The notes under the pieces: model-generated
Database searches by the model: none
Seen by the model: the letters and a program-made list of their open reading frames with translations, nothing else
What the model was told of the DNA's origin: nothing
Program-made: the position numbers and the translations under genes
Part shown: positions 1 to 9,366 of the stretch, piece by piece
How the letters are laid out: each line of letters starts with the position of its first letter
Position numbering within the stretch: position 1 is the first letter of the stretch
Assembly (NCBI GenBank): GCA_041486085.1
Contig: JBGPKU010000004.1
Span: forward strand, 3,231-67,230
Origin: Candidatus Limnocylindria bacterium
GTDB lineage: Bacteria > Chloroflexota > Limnocylindria > P2-11E
Direction: 5' to 3'
DNA length: 64,000 nucleotides

Positions 1-162
1 CACCTGGCCGGCGCCGGCCGCGAACCAAAGGCCATCCCGGTCAGCGAGGCTGGCTGGCCGCTGGATTTCGGCCAAACCCAGGGCTTTTCCGTAGAAGTCG
101 CGGGCTCTGGCTTCCTCGCCGGGCGGGTAGAAGACCTGCGCGTGATGCAGCGAAATGGGCAC
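1..162 (-). CDS. VOC/glyoxalase-family protein, partial (N-terminal part; continues off window)
   Basis: Reverse-strand translation from GTG near 162 reads VPISLHHAQVFYPPGEEARARDFYGKALGLAEI..., resembling the glyoxalase/bleomycin-resistance N-terminus. Runs off the window start; not in the ORF track because truncated. Confidence 0.4.
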   Translation of the reverse strand, partial: MPISLHHAQVFYPPGEEARARDFYGKALGLAEIQRPASLADRDGLWFAAGAGQV

Positions 163-182
163 GAAATCGAGTGTAGGTGGGC

Positions 183-188
183 TACAAT
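183..188 (+). promoter_or_regulatory. TACAAT -10-like hexamer upstream of the A-type carrier gene
   Basis: Sequence gggcTACAATttcag about 35 nt before the GTG at 224; no convincing -35. Weak call. Confidence 0.15.
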
Positions 189-223
189 TTCAGTCAGACC
201 ACTCGCGATGAAAGAGGTGCCAC

Positions 224-628
224 GTGGCGATCGAGCAACAGGAGACCGGTACCGGGATCGACCAGCCGGTCGTCTCGATGACGTCGCGGGCCGCCGACAA
301 GCTCAAGGAGATCGTCACCAAGCAGGGTCGCGACGACCTTGCCCTGCGGGTGTATGTCACACCGGGCGGATGCTCCGGGTTCTCGTACGGCATGACATTC
401 GCGGAGGGCCGCGAGGAGGACGACACCCTGATCGAACAGGATGGCGTCCGCATCGTCGTCGACCCGATGAGCGCGATGTACATCAAGGGCTCCGAGATCG
501 ACTTCGTCGACGCGCTCATGGGCGGCGGGTTCGCGCTCCGCAACCCGAACGCCGTCTCGAGCTGCGGCTGCGGGCAGTCCTTCAAGACCGCCGACCAGTC
601 CGGCACCGCAAAGGCCTGCTCGCACTAG
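224..628 (+). CDS. Fe-S cluster A-type carrier protein (HesB/IscA/ErpA family)
   Basis: 134 aa; three conserved Cys ligands in TPGGCSGFSY and CGCGQSF at family positions; aagagg Shine-Dalgarno upstream of the GTG start. Confidence 0.85.
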   Translation: MAIEQQETGTGIDQPVVSMTSRAADKLKEIVTKQGRDDLALRVYVTPGGCSGFSYGMTFAEGREEDDTLIEQDGVRIVVDPMSAMYIKGSEIDFVDALMGGGFALRNPNAVSSCGCGQSFKTADQSGTAKACSH

Positions 629-648
629 GCGAGCGTCCGAGGCACTAA

Positions 649-690
649 GGAAGAGGACGGCGCAAGCCGTCCTCTTCTTCTTCCCCGGAA
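649..690. terminator. Hairpin between convergent genes (rho-independent-terminator-like)
   Basis: ggAAGAGGACGG-cgcaag-CCGTCCTCTTcc 10-12 bp stem followed by a cttcttcc run; lies between the carrier gene (+) and the antiporter gene (-). Confidence 0.45.
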
Positions 691-701
691 CTCTCCGCGC
701 T

Positions 702-1913
702 TCAGCGTGCCGGCTCGAACTCCTCGTCCTCCACGTCGGCCACTTCGTCTGCCGTGAGTGCGTGGACCGGCGGCGAGAAGAAGCGTTGCGCGATGGCCGT
801 CGGCACGACGGCGGACAGGATCACGACCGTCACGAGCACCGAGAACTGCGTCCGGTCGATGATCCCGGCATTCAGACCGTAGAGCGAGGCGATCGTTCCA
901 AAGGTCAGACCTGTGCTCATCAGCAAGGTCGTGTACGTGGCGTGCGGACGCAGGTAACGGAGCGCGACCGGCATGACACCGACGAACTTGAGCCCGAGCT
1001 TGACGAAGATGAAGCCCGCCATTAGCGGCACCGCGGCGGAAAGAGCGGCGAGACTCACGTTCATCCCGCCCCTGAGGAAGAAGAATGGGGTGAGGAACGA
1101 GAACGCGACCACGCGGAAGCGCCGTTTCTGCTCCGGATGTTGATCGAACACGCGCGATAGAGCGAGCCCGAGAAGGAACGCGGGCAGGACGGCGTGGCTC
1201 TTCGCCAGGTCGGCTGTCCACATGAAGAGCAGAAGCACGAAGAACGCGCCGCGGATCTCCGGCTCGATCACGCGGTCTCCGTACCGCGCGAAAAAGGGGC
1301 GCTGCAGCACGAGCATCGCGACGATCGCCGCGACCGCGACGGCTGCGAATAGGAGCAGGTACGGACTCGGCTGGATGAAGAGCAGCGAGAGGGCCAGCGC
1401 GGTGCCGAGGTCCGTGACGAAAGTGGCAGCCATGATGATCTTGCCGAGCTCCGTCCTCACAAGACCCGTCTCCACGAGGACCGCGTACACGACGGCAAGA
1501 GAGGTCGTCGACAGTGCGATCCCCGCGATCTCCGCCTGGCGCAGATCCCAGCCGGCGACGTAGAAAGCGAACAGGCCGGCGCCGATGAAGGGCAGGAGGA
1601 AGGACACCCCGCCGATCAGGATCGACTCCTTCGCCTTTGCCCGGATGATCGCGGGATCGACCTCGGCGCCGGCGAGGAACGTCAGGACGATCCCGGCGAA
1701 CGACGCGACGAAGTCCATCCACGCGGGGCTGGCCATGCCGAACACGTTGCCGGCGATGACCCCGGCGGCGATCTCGATGATCGCGACCGACAGCGCGAGC
1801 TCGATGCTGACCATCGAGGCGATGAGGACGAGCAGCGCGAGGACAGTGGCGACGAGCAGCGGATCCATGCGTACCTCCACCGGTCTGTTCGATCGGTAGA
1901 GGTCATCAGCCAC
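702..1913 (-). CDS. Cation:proton antiporter (CPA1/CPA2, Na+/H+ exchanger family)
   Basis: About 400 aa, 11-12 predicted TM helices, sequence typical of KefB/NhaP-type exchangers; the true start may be the internal MDPLL. Confidence 0.8.
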   Translation of the reverse strand: MADDLYRSNRPVEVRMDPLLVATVLALLVLIASMVSIELALSVAIIEIAAGVIAGNVFGMASPAWMDFVASFAGIVLTFLAGAEVDPAIIRAKAKESILIGGVSFLLPFIGAGLFAFYVAGWDLRQAEIAGIALSTTSLAVVYAVLVETGLVRTELGKIIMAATFVTDLGTALALSLLFIQPSPYLLLFAAVAVAAIVAMLVLQRPFFARYGDRVIEPEIRGAFFVLLLFMWTADLAKSHAVLPAFLLGLALSRVFDQHPEQKRRFRVVAFSFLTPFFFLRGGMNVSLAALSAAVPLMAGFIFVKLGLKFVGVMPVALRYLRPHATYTTLLMSTGLTFGTIASLYGLNAGIIDRTQFSVLVTVVILSAVVPTAIAQRFFSPPVHALTADEVADVEDEEFEPAR

Positions 1914-1986
1914 CCGAAGGGCAGCGGTTGAAGGCGGACCTCATCGCCCGGAGGACGATGCTAATCGAGACGGCGGAGCCGCATCC

Positions 1987-2292
1987 TTAGCCGCCGGGCG
2001 ACTCCGGCACCAGGCCGATGTCGCCGTCAAGAAGGATCGCCTCCTCGCCGGGCTCATCGGTGATGTCCCATCGGCGGTAGAAATCGCGCGCTCCGTCGCG
2101 GGTCTCCCAAATGGCCACCGCGTAGAAGGCATGTCCGTCGGGTGCGAACCAGGCGCGGTGGAAGCGGCAGCCTCTGGCGCGGGCGTCCGCGCGCATCTCG
2201 TCGGTGATGAGGCGAACGCGCCTGTCGTAGAGATCGCGCGCGGTCTGGCCATCGACGGTCGGGCACGGGACGCGGAACAGCATCGAAATCAC
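1987..2292 (-). CDS. Small hypothetical protein (about 100 aa; DUF4242-like?)
   Basis: Only substantial ORF in this interval with no better competing frame; family assignment is a guess. Confidence 0.35.
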   Translation of the reverse strand: MISMLFRVPCPTVDGQTARDLYDRRVRLITDEMRADARARGCRFHRAWFAPDGHAFYAVAIWETRDGARDFYRRWDITDEPGEEAILLDGDIGLVPESPGG

Positions 2293-2351
2293 GCCGGCCT
2301 CCTCTTTTCGGTCGGGAGGATTTTCGATGTCGTACCATCACCCGTACGCGT

Positions 2352-3026
2352 ATGGCGGACAGTACGGGGAGCCTCAGGCCGGTGCCGGCGATCGACAAGG
2401 CGGCGCGCGTGCTGCGCGCGCTCGCCGACGGCGGTCGCCCGCAGGGCATCAGCGAGCTCGCGCGGGCGCTCAACGTATCGAAGGGCACGCTGCGCGACGT
2501 GCTCCTGACGCTCGATGCCTACGGGCTCGTGGTGCGCGATCCGGATACGCGCTTCCGCCTCGGGCCCGAGCTGCGCAGCCTGGCCGATGCAAGCACGCCA
2601 GACCTCCGGGCGCTGGCGCAGCCCTATCTCGTCTCGCTCATGGAGACGTTCGGTGAGACCTCGATCCTCGGCGTCGTGCACGACGGCAAGCTCGAGATCG
2701 CGGCGCGGGCCGAGCCCGACACGGACCTCCATATGACCGCACCCCTCGGCCGGCGGCTGCCCCTCGACAAGGGCGCGCACGGCAAGGTCATGAAGAAGGG
2801 CGACGCGATCGGGTATGACGACGAGGAGCTCTTCGCGGGCGTCAGGGCGGCGGCCGCCCCCATTGTCGACGCGCGGGGTCGGAAGGTCGCGTTCGTCATG
2901 ATCGTCGGGTTCAAGCAGCGCGTGGACCTGCGCACCCTGCGCAAGATCGGCGAGCGCTGCGCGAGCGCCGCCGACGCGCTCTCGCGGCGCATCGGCGGCG
3001 CCGTGAAGGTTCGGGAGACGGTATGA
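2352..3026 (+). CDS. IclR-family transcriptional regulator
   Basis: N-terminal wHTH (LRALADGGRPQGISELARALNVSKGTL) plus C-terminal IclR effector domain; its stop overlaps the start of the downstream Mo-enzyme operon. Confidence 0.85.
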   Translation: MADSTGSLRPVPAIDKAARVLRALADGGRPQGISELARALNVSKGTLRDVLLTLDAYGLVVRDPDTRFRLGPELRSLADASTPDLRALAQPYLVSLMETFGETSILGVVHDGKLEIAARAEPDTDLHMTAPLGRRLPLDKGAHGKVMKKGDAIGYDDEELFAGVRAAAAPIVDARGRKVAFVMIVGFKQRVDLRTLRKIGERCASAADALSRRIGGAVKVRETV

Positions 3027-3583
3027 CCAAGGCGATGCTCACCCTGCGCGTCAACGGTGAGACCCACACCGTCGCCGCCGAACCGCATCACACGCTGCTC
3101 GAGGTGCTGCGCGAGGAGCTCGGACTCACCGGGACGAAGCATGGCTGCGAGCTCGGCGAGTGCGGCACGTGCACGGTCCTCGTCGATGGAGTCCCGATCC
3201 TCTCGTGCCTCACGCTGCCGCAACAGCTCGGGGCGGCCGAGATCCTCACGGTCGAAGGTCTGGCGACCGGGTCGGAGCTGCATCCGCTCCAGACCGCGTT
3301 CGCCGAGGAGGGCGCGGCGCAGTGCGGGTACTGCACGCCGGGGATGCTGCTCACGGCGAAAGCGCTGCTCGAGAACAACAAGGCGCCGACGCGCCATGAG
3401 ATCGCGCAGGCGATCAGCGGCAACCTCTGCCGCTGCACCGGCTACACGGCGATCTACGAGGCTGTGGAACGAGTAGTACGAGCGACGAGCGGTTCACCTG
3501 CGAGGAGCGAGTTCGACGAGCGGAGTCGAGGCGGCGAGGCGCCAGCCGGCGAAGCCGGGCTCAGCCGAGCGCGAAGAGCATGA
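3023..3583 (+). CDS. (2Fe-2S)-binding small subunit, xanthine dehydrogenase/CO dehydrogenase family (CoxS/CutS-like), cluster 1
   Basis: CELGECGTCTV plus CGYCTPG and NLCRCTGY motifs typical of the two [2Fe-2S] domains. Confidence 0.9.
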   Translation: MTKAMLTLRVNGETHTVAAEPHHTLLEVLREELGLTGTKHGCELGECGTCTVLVDGVPILSCLTLPQQLGAAEILTVEGLATGSELHPLQTAFAEEGAAQCGYCTPGMLLTAKALLENNKAPTRHEIAQAISGNLCRCTGYTAIYEAVERVVRATSGSPARSEFDERSRGGEAPAGEAGLSRARRA

Positions 3584-6003
3584 GCGAGCTCAGCATCCTC
3601 GGGCGGCGGCTTCCGAAGGTGAACGCGTGGGCGCACCTCACCGGAAGCGCGCGCTACGCCGACGACATCCATCTGCCGCGCATGCTCTACGGACGCCTGC
3701 TCCGCTCTACGCGGCCGCACGCGCGCATCCTGCGCGTCGACACCTCACGCGCGCTCGCGCACCCCGGCGTCGTCGCCATCGTGACCGGTGAGGACATGCC
3801 AGAGAAGATGGGCATCATGCCCTCGACGCAGGACGAGACGGCGCTCGCGCTCGACAAGGTGCGGTATGTCGGCGAGCCGGTGGCCGCCGTCGCCGCCCTC
3901 GACGAGGACGCCGCTTTCGACGCGCTCTCGCTCATCGACGTCGAGTACGAGGATCTCGAGCCGATCTTCACGATCGAGGAGGCCCTGCAGCGGGAGGATG
4001 TGAAGATCCACGATGAGGCCAAGCGCGCCAACGTCTTCAAGGAGGTGCACCTCTCCTTCGGCGATCTCGCCGCCGGATTCACCGCGGCTGACCACGTGCG
4101 CGAGGACTGGTTCTTCTTCGAAGGCAACACCCACGCGCCCCTCGAGTCGCACTCGTGCGTCGCGTTCTTCGACGCGGACGGGAAGCTCACGCTCTGGACG
4201 AGCACCCAGGTGCCCCACTACGTCCACCGCGAGCTCGAGAAGGTGCTCGGGCTTCCGCGCAGCCAGATCCGGGTGATCGCGACTCCGAACGGGGGCGCAT
4301 TTGGCGGGAAGTCCGACCCGTTCGGCCACGAGTTCGCGGCGTCGCTGCTGTCGATGCGCACGCGGCGGCCCGTGAAGATCACGCTCGACCGCGAGGAGGT
4401 CTTCTACGCGCACCGCGGGCGGCATCCGGTGAAGATGCGAATCAAAACGGGCGTAAAGAAAGACGGCGAGATCACGGCCGTCGAGTTCCAGAGCTATCTC
4501 GACGGCGGGGCGTACGCCTCGTACGGCATCGCGACCACGTACTACACCGGCGCGCTGCTGACGGTCACGTACCGGGTGCCGGCCTACAAGTTCGACGGCG
4601 TTCGCGTGTACACGAACAAACCCCCGTGCGGCCCGAAGCGCGGGCACGGGACGACCCAGCCGCGCTTCGCGTTCGAGTGCCAGCTCGACAAGATCGCCAC
4701 GGACCTCGGGTTCGACCCGATCGAGTACCGCCTCCGCATCCTGCAGCCCGCGAACAGCCGGACGGTGAACGAGCTGCGCGTCACGTCGATGGGCCTTGGG
4801 GAATGCCTGACCGCGGTCCGCAGCGCCACCGGCTGGGAGCGCAAGAAGGCCGGGCTGCCCAAAGGAAAGGGCATCGGCGTCGCCGGAAGCGCCTACATCT
4901 CCGGCGCGGGCCTGCCGATCTACTGGAACGAGATGCCCCACTCCGGCGCCGAGATCCGGATCGACCGCGGCGGCGGCGTGACGGTGATGTGCGGCACGAG
5001 CGAGATTGGCCAGGGCTCCGACAACATGCTCGCCGCGATCACCGCGGAGACGCTCGGGATCCTGCCGGAGGACGTCCACGTCGTGTCGGGCGACACGAGC
5101 CTCACGCCGGTGGATCTCGGCTCGTATTCGAGCCGCGTCACGATGATGGCCGGCAACGCGACCAGGAACGCGGGGCTGAAGCTCCGCGCGCAGCTCTTCG
5201 AGATCGCGTCGACCAAGCTCGATGTCCCGGCCGAGCGCCTGGCCGCCGCGTACCGGAAGATCTACGACCTCAAGGATCCGAGCACCTCGATGAGCTTCAT
5301 CGAGGCCGCCAATCTGGCCGAGGCCAAGTTCGGCACGCTGGTCGCGGCTGGGTCGTACCGGCCGCCGGCCGGCATCGGCGGCAGCTACAAGGGCGCCGGG
5401 GTCGGGCCATCGCCCGCCTACTCGTACCAGGCCGCGGTCGCCGAGGTCACCGTCGACCTCGACACCGGGCAGCTCACCGTCGACAAGATCACCACAGCCC
5501 ACGACTGCGGCCGCGCCCTGAACCCCGCGAACGCCGAGGGGCAGGTCGAGGGATCGGCCTACATGGGCTACGGCGAGATCGCGGTGGAGGAGCAGGTCTT
5601 CCGCGGCGGACTGCACAAGAAGCCGAGCCTCCTCGACTACAAGCTGCCCACGAGCCTCGACACGCCGGAGCTCGAGGCCATCCTCGTCGAATCCATCGAC
5701 AGCGAGGGCCCCTACGGCGCGAAGGAAGCCGGTGAGGGGCCGTTGAACCCGGTGATCCCGGCGATCGCGAACGCGGTGTACGACGCCATCGGCGTTCGCT
5801 TTGACGAGACGCCGATCACCGCGGAGAAGATCCTTGACGCTCTCGGCAAGCGCGACAACCGCGGTGTGTTGAAGGACCGCATCGGCCCAGATGGCTTGTC
5901 AGACGCACGGTCTGGCGCCAAAGCCGCAATGAGACGACTGAAAGCGTCGACGGACACGCGCGACGCGCGAGAGCGAAAGAAGACCGAGGCTCCGGCGGAA
6001 TAG
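3580..6003 (+). CDS. Molybdopterin-binding large subunit, xanthine dehydrogenase family (CoxL/CutL-like), cluster 1
   Basis: 807 aa; a/b-hammerhead plus Moco-binding domains; no CODH-specific AYRCSFR loop, so a generic hydroxylase rather than form I CO dehydrogenase. Confidence 0.9.
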   Translation: MSELSILGRRLPKVNAWAHLTGSARYADDIHLPRMLYGRLLRSTRPHARILRVDTSRALAHPGVVAIVTGEDMPEKMGIMPSTQDETALALDKVRYVGEPVAAVAALDEDAAFDALSLIDVEYEDLEPIFTIEEALQREDVKIHDEAKRANVFKEVHLSFGDLAAGFTAADHVREDWFFFEGNTHAPLESHSCVAFFDADGKLTLWTSTQVPHYVHRELEKVLGLPRSQIRVIATPNGGAFGGKSDPFGHEFAASLLSMRTRRPVKITLDREEVFYAHRGRHPVKMRIKTGVKKDGEITAVEFQSYLDGGAYASYGIATTYYTGALLTVTYRVPAYKFDGVRVYTNKPPCGPKRGHGTTQPRFAFECQLDKIATDLGFDPIEYRLRILQPANSRTVNELRVTSMGLGECLTAVRSATGWERKKAGLPKGKGIGVAGSAYISGAGLPIYWNEMPHSGAEIRIDRGGGVTVMCGTSEIGQGSDNMLAAITAETLGILPEDVHVVSGDTSLTPVDLGSYSSRVTMMAGNATRNAGLKLRAQLFEIASTKLDVPAERLAAAYRKIYDLKDPSTSMSFIEAANLAEAKFGTLVAAGSYRPPAGIGGSYKGAGVGPSPAYSYQAAVAEVTVDLDTGQLTVDKITTAHDCGRALNPANAEGQVEGSAYMGYGEIAVEEQVFRGGLHKKPSLLDYKLPTSLDTPELEAILVESIDSEGPYGAKEAGEGPLNPVIPAIANAVYDAIGVRFDETPITAEKILDALGKRDNRGVLKDRIGPDGLSDARSGAKAAMRRLKASTDTRDARERKKTEAPAE

Positions 6004-7011
6004 ATGCTGCGCCTTCCGAAGTTCCACTACGTCGCACCGCCCACGCTCGCCGATGCGATCCGCGTGCGCACCGAGCATCTCGAGACGTCGATGTACGTCG
6101 CGGGCGGCACCGACGTCTACCCCAAGATGAAGCGCCGGCAGTTCCAGCCCGAGGTGGTCATCTCGCTCGGACGCGTGGTCGGCGGCGAGATACGCGACGG
6201 CACGCTCGCTGCGCTCGCCGAACAGGGGCCCCTACCCCTGGGCCTGCGCGTCGGCGCCGGTGCCACGCTCACCGCGGTCGCCGCCCATCCGAAGGTCCGC
6301 GACGCCTATCGCGCGCTCAGCGAGGCCGCCGCCCTCGTGTCGACGCCACAGTTGCGCAACATGGGCACCATCGGCGGCAACGTGTGTCTCGACACGCGCT
6401 GCAACTGGTACGACCAATCCCTCTTCTGGCGCACCGCCGAAGGCTTCTGCATGAAGACGCACGCCGAGGTGGTGTGCCGCGTGGCTCCGTCGAGCGCGCG
6501 CTGTCTCGCGGTGGCGAGCGCCGACACCGTGCCCGCGCTCATCGCACTCGGCGCGACCATCCATGTCGTGGGACCGGGCGGCGAGCGCGACGTGGATCTC
6601 GCGGAGTGCTATCGCGAGGATGGCATCCGCTACCTGACGCTGGCGCCCGCAGAGGTCGTGACCGAGATCCGCCTCCCGCCGAGCGACGGCTGGCGAAGCA
6701 CGTATCTGAAACAGCGAGATCGCAATGCGTTCGACTTCCCCATCGCCGGGGTCGCCGCGGCGGTGAAGTGGGGCGGCGGCGTGGTCGTCGACGCGCGCGT
6801 CGCCATCACCGCGCTCGGATCACGTCCGGTGGCGGTCGACGCGAGCGCGCTTCGCGGCACGAAGCTCGACGACGACGCGATCACCGCCGTGGCCGACGCG
6901 ACGCACAAGGCCGCCCGACCGATGGACAACACCTCGGGCACGATCAGCCAGCGCAAGCGCGCCGCGCGCGTGTTCGCCGAGCGCGCGCTCCGGTCGCTCA
7001 GGGATGCGTGA
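6004..7011 (+). CDS. FAD-binding medium subunit, xanthine dehydrogenase family (CoxM/CutM-like), cluster 1
   Basis: 335 aa; GGTD..P and GTIGGN FAD-binding motifs of molybdopterin-dehydrogenase FAD subunits. Confidence 0.9.
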   Translation: MLRLPKFHYVAPPTLADAIRVRTEHLETSMYVAGGTDVYPKMKRRQFQPEVVISLGRVVGGEIRDGTLAALAEQGPLPLGLRVGAGATLTAVAAHPKVRDAYRALSEAAALVSTPQLRNMGTIGGNVCLDTRCNWYDQSLFWRTAEGFCMKTHAEVVCRVAPSSARCLAVASADTVPALIALGATIHVVGPGGERDVDLAECYREDGIRYLTLAPAEVVTEIRLPPSDGWRSTYLKQRDRNAFDFPIAGVAAAVKWGGGVVVDARVAITALGSRPVAVDASALRGTKLDDDAITAVADATHKAARPMDNTSGTISQRKRAARVFAERALRSLRDA

Positions 7012-7591
7012 GCCTCTTCGCTCCATCGCGATCGTGACGGCCGCCGGATCCGCCGAGAGGTTCGGCGGACGAAAGCTGCTCACGAGGATCGACGGCGACC
7101 CGCTCCTCGATCACACCATCGGCGCGCTCCTCGACGGCGGCGTGAGCGAGGTCATCGTCGTCGTCGGTACGGCTGCGCGCTCCGAGCTCGAGCGCGACGT
7201 CAACGCGATGAACGACGCGCGCGTGCGACCGGTCGAGAATCCGGACCCGTCCAGAGGCATGTTCTCGTCGATCCAGGAAGGCGTGCGGACCGCCAGCGGA
7301 GACGTGCTCCTCGTGCTGCCGGGCGACATGCCCTTCGTGAAGGCGGCGACGGTCCGCCGTGTCATCGACGAATGGGCCAAGCGACGCGGGATCGTCTCCC
7401 CGCGACACAACGGCAAGCGCGGGCATCCGGTGGCCCTGCCGCTCGAGCTCAGAGACGAGATCCTCGCGACGAGCCCGACGTCGAACCTGCACGAGGTGAT
7501 CAGGAAGCACCTCGACCTGCGCACCGACCTCGACGTCGACGATCCCGGCGTGAACCGCGACGTCGATCGCCCGGAGGACCTCGCGGGCTAG
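7004..7591 (+). CDS. mocA: MobA-like nucleotidyltransferase, probable molybdenum cofactor cytidylyltransferase (MocA)
   Basis: IAIVTAAGSAERFG ... LPGDMPFV NTP-transferase motifs; overlaps the stop of the FAD subunit, as in coxSLM-mocA arrangements that supply the MCD cofactor. Confidence 0.7.
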   Translation: MREPLRSIAIVTAAGSAERFGGRKLLTRIDGDPLLDHTIGALLDGGVSEVIVVVGTAARSELERDVNAMNDARVRPVENPDPSRGMFSSIQEGVRTASGDVLLVLPGDMPFVKAATVRRVIDEWAKRRGIVSPRHNGKRGHPVALPLELRDEILATSPTSNLHEVIRKHLDLRTDLDVDDPGVNRDVDRPEDLAG

Positions 7592-8493
7592 GGCGCGGTG
7601 ACGAACCCCGCCGCGCGCGACAGCGTGTCGGCCATGTCGGCCGGGTGTTCGTGGCCAAGCCCAGGACGGACGTCGATGTGCGCGCGCACCCCGTGGCGCG
7701 AAAGCAGGTCGAAGAGCTCCTGCGTGCGGGCGTAGCTGGGATCCTGATCGCCGACGACGAGATACACGCGAAGCATCTTTCCCGCGCCACCTTCCACCAG
7801 ATCGCGGAGCTCATCGCCCCGCGGGATCCACGCGCCAACCAGGATGACGCCGCGCACCTTCACGCGACGGGTGAGGGCGAGCGCGATCGCCTGCAGCCCC
7901 CCCATCGAGAAACCCGCGAGCACGATCCGGCCGACGTCGACCTGCGTCGCGCGCTTCACCCGATCGATATGCGCGGTGATCTCCGTGACCACTCGCTCGC
8001 GATCGTTCCAGGTGTAGGCCTCGGGCGTCATACCGATCTCGCTCGATTGCGGCACGGCGACGACCCACCGCGCGTCCGCCAGCGTCGACCAGTGCGGCGC
8101 GGTCACACGCGCGTTCGCGTTGTTGCCGTGAAGCGCGACCAGCAGCGGATAGCCGAACGCGTCCGGAAGATCGTCCGGCAGGGCGAACATGAGGTGCGGG
8201 CGCGCCGCGGCGGCGTCCTCCGCGTAGCGCGCGTCAGCGCGCCTCACGATGTCCTGGAACCGCGGCAGCGGATGAAGGCTCGCAAGGCGAGGGTCCTGCT
8301 CGAGCCAGTCGCGCCGGTAGCGGCACCTTTCCTGGAGTGCGCGTTCCAGCGCGTCGAGCGCGTCGGCGACCCGTCCCGCTTCCGCGTATTGAGAAGCCTC
8401 GACCAGGCGCGCGAGGCCCAGCTGGAGCGGATTCGCGCGTAGGCGCTCCAACTCCAGCATCGTTCCATTTTCGCAGGCATGGGCCGTTTCCAT
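7588..8493 (-). CDS. Alpha/beta hydrolase (phospholipase/carboxylesterase family)
   Basis: GFSMGG nucleophile elbow, HG oxyanion region and C-terminal His; start may be the internal MLELERL. Confidence 0.7.
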   Translation of the reverse strand: METAHACENGTMLELERLRANPLQLGLARLVEASQYAEAGRVADALDALERALQERCRYRRDWLEQDPRLASLHPLPRFQDIVRRADARYAEDAAAARPHLMFALPDDLPDAFGYPLLVALHGNNANARVTAPHWSTLADARWVVAVPQSSEIGMTPEAYTWNDRERVVTEITAHIDRVKRATQVDVGRIVLAGFSMGGLQAIALALTRRVKVRGVILVGAWIPRGDELRDLVEGGAGKMLRVYLVVGDQDPSYARTQELFDLLSRHGVRAHIDVRPGLGHEHPADMADTLSRAAGFVTAP

Positions 8494-8572
8494 GCGCGTT
8501 GACGGGCGTTCCTGAGCAGGCTAACTTCCGTCCGGGTATCCGGCAGCCAATCGAGCGACAAGGACGACGCCC

Positions 8573-9361
8573 TTGAGTCACGGGCCCAGCCAGCACGAAG
8601 AGCGTTCCGATGGCGCTGCCGACGTCTCGCGGCGCGATCTGCTGCGCACCGCCGCACCCATCGTGGCCTTCATCGCGCTCGAGGCGATCGGCGGTCTGGG
8701 GGCCTCCAGCCCGAAGACGCCGCGCGCGACGCAAGTGTCGCAGGGCGTGATCTTCCCCGATCCGACGCTCTGCATCGGCTGCCTCACGTGCGAGGTCATC
8801 TGCTCCCAGGTGCACAAGCAGCAGGGGCTCTCCGACGTCCCGCGGATCCGGATCTTCAATGACCCGGTGACGAAAGTGGATCCGGTGATCCAGGCGGCGT
8901 ACCCGGACCGCGGCCAGTTCCACCAGGAGCCCTGCCTGCAGTGCCCGACCGCCGAGTGCCTCTACGTTTGCCCGGTCGATGCCCTTCAGGTCGAGCCAAA
9001 GACTGGCGCGCGCTTCATCAAAGAGGAGACCTGCGTGTCGTGCGGCCGCTGCAACGAGGCCTGCATCTTCCCCGTCTCGAGCGAGGCCACCGCCACGAAC
9101 CAGCTGACCTTCAATCAGCATTCGCGGATCACCTACGACGCGGACAAGGACACCTTCGCGAAGTGCGACCTGTGCTACTGGCGCGAGGGTGGACCGGCGT
9201 GTGTCGAGCGCTGCCCCATCAACATCCGCATTCGGCAGGGCGTCGTGAAGGTCGACGCAGGACGCCTGTGCCTTTCGGCACCTGTCGCGGACAAAGAGAC
9301 CTGGGGCAAGCTCCGAGCGTTCCAGACGTTCGAGGGCAGCCCGGCGAACGGAAAGGCTTGA
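8573..9361 (+). CDS. Tat-exported 4x[4Fe-4S] ferredoxin-type subunit (HybA/NrfC/DmsB-like electron-transfer subunit)
   Basis: Twin-arginine signal SRRDLLRTAAPIVAF; four complete Cys clusters (CIGCLTCEVIC, CLQCPTAECLYVCP, CVSCGRCNEACIFP, CDLCYWREGGPACVERCP). Confidence 0.85.
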   Translation: MSHGPSQHEERSDGAADVSRRDLLRTAAPIVAFIALEAIGGLGASSPKTPRATQVSQGVIFPDPTLCIGCLTCEVICSQVHKQQGLSDVPRIRIFNDPVTKVDPVIQAAYPDRGQFHQEPCLQCPTAECLYVCPVDALQVEPKTGARFIKEETCVSCGRCNEACIFPVSSEATATNQLTFNQHSRITYDADKDTFAKCDLCYWREGGPACVERCPINIRIRQGVVKVDAGRLCLSAPVADKETWGKLRAFQTFEGSPANGKA

Positions 9362-9366
9362 CGGTC

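Noticed and set aside
3745-5616. Long antisense or alternate-frame ORFs throughout the window, for example 3745..5616(-), 18124..19638(-), 27028..28206(-), 35627..37363(+), 38701..39630(-), 53886..55163(-).
   Set aside because: They lie opposite or offset to genes with clear homology and have Arg/Gly/Asp-rich low-complexity translations characteristic of GC-rich non-coding frames.
8941-9366. The 438-aa listed ORF extends the cytochrome b gene 426 nt upstream, overlapping the ferredoxin gene in another frame.
   Set aside because: The upstream part is Arg/Pro-rich with no membrane or haem features. It is the typical high-GC alternative-frame artefact, and the real start is the GTG/TTG at the ferredoxin stop.
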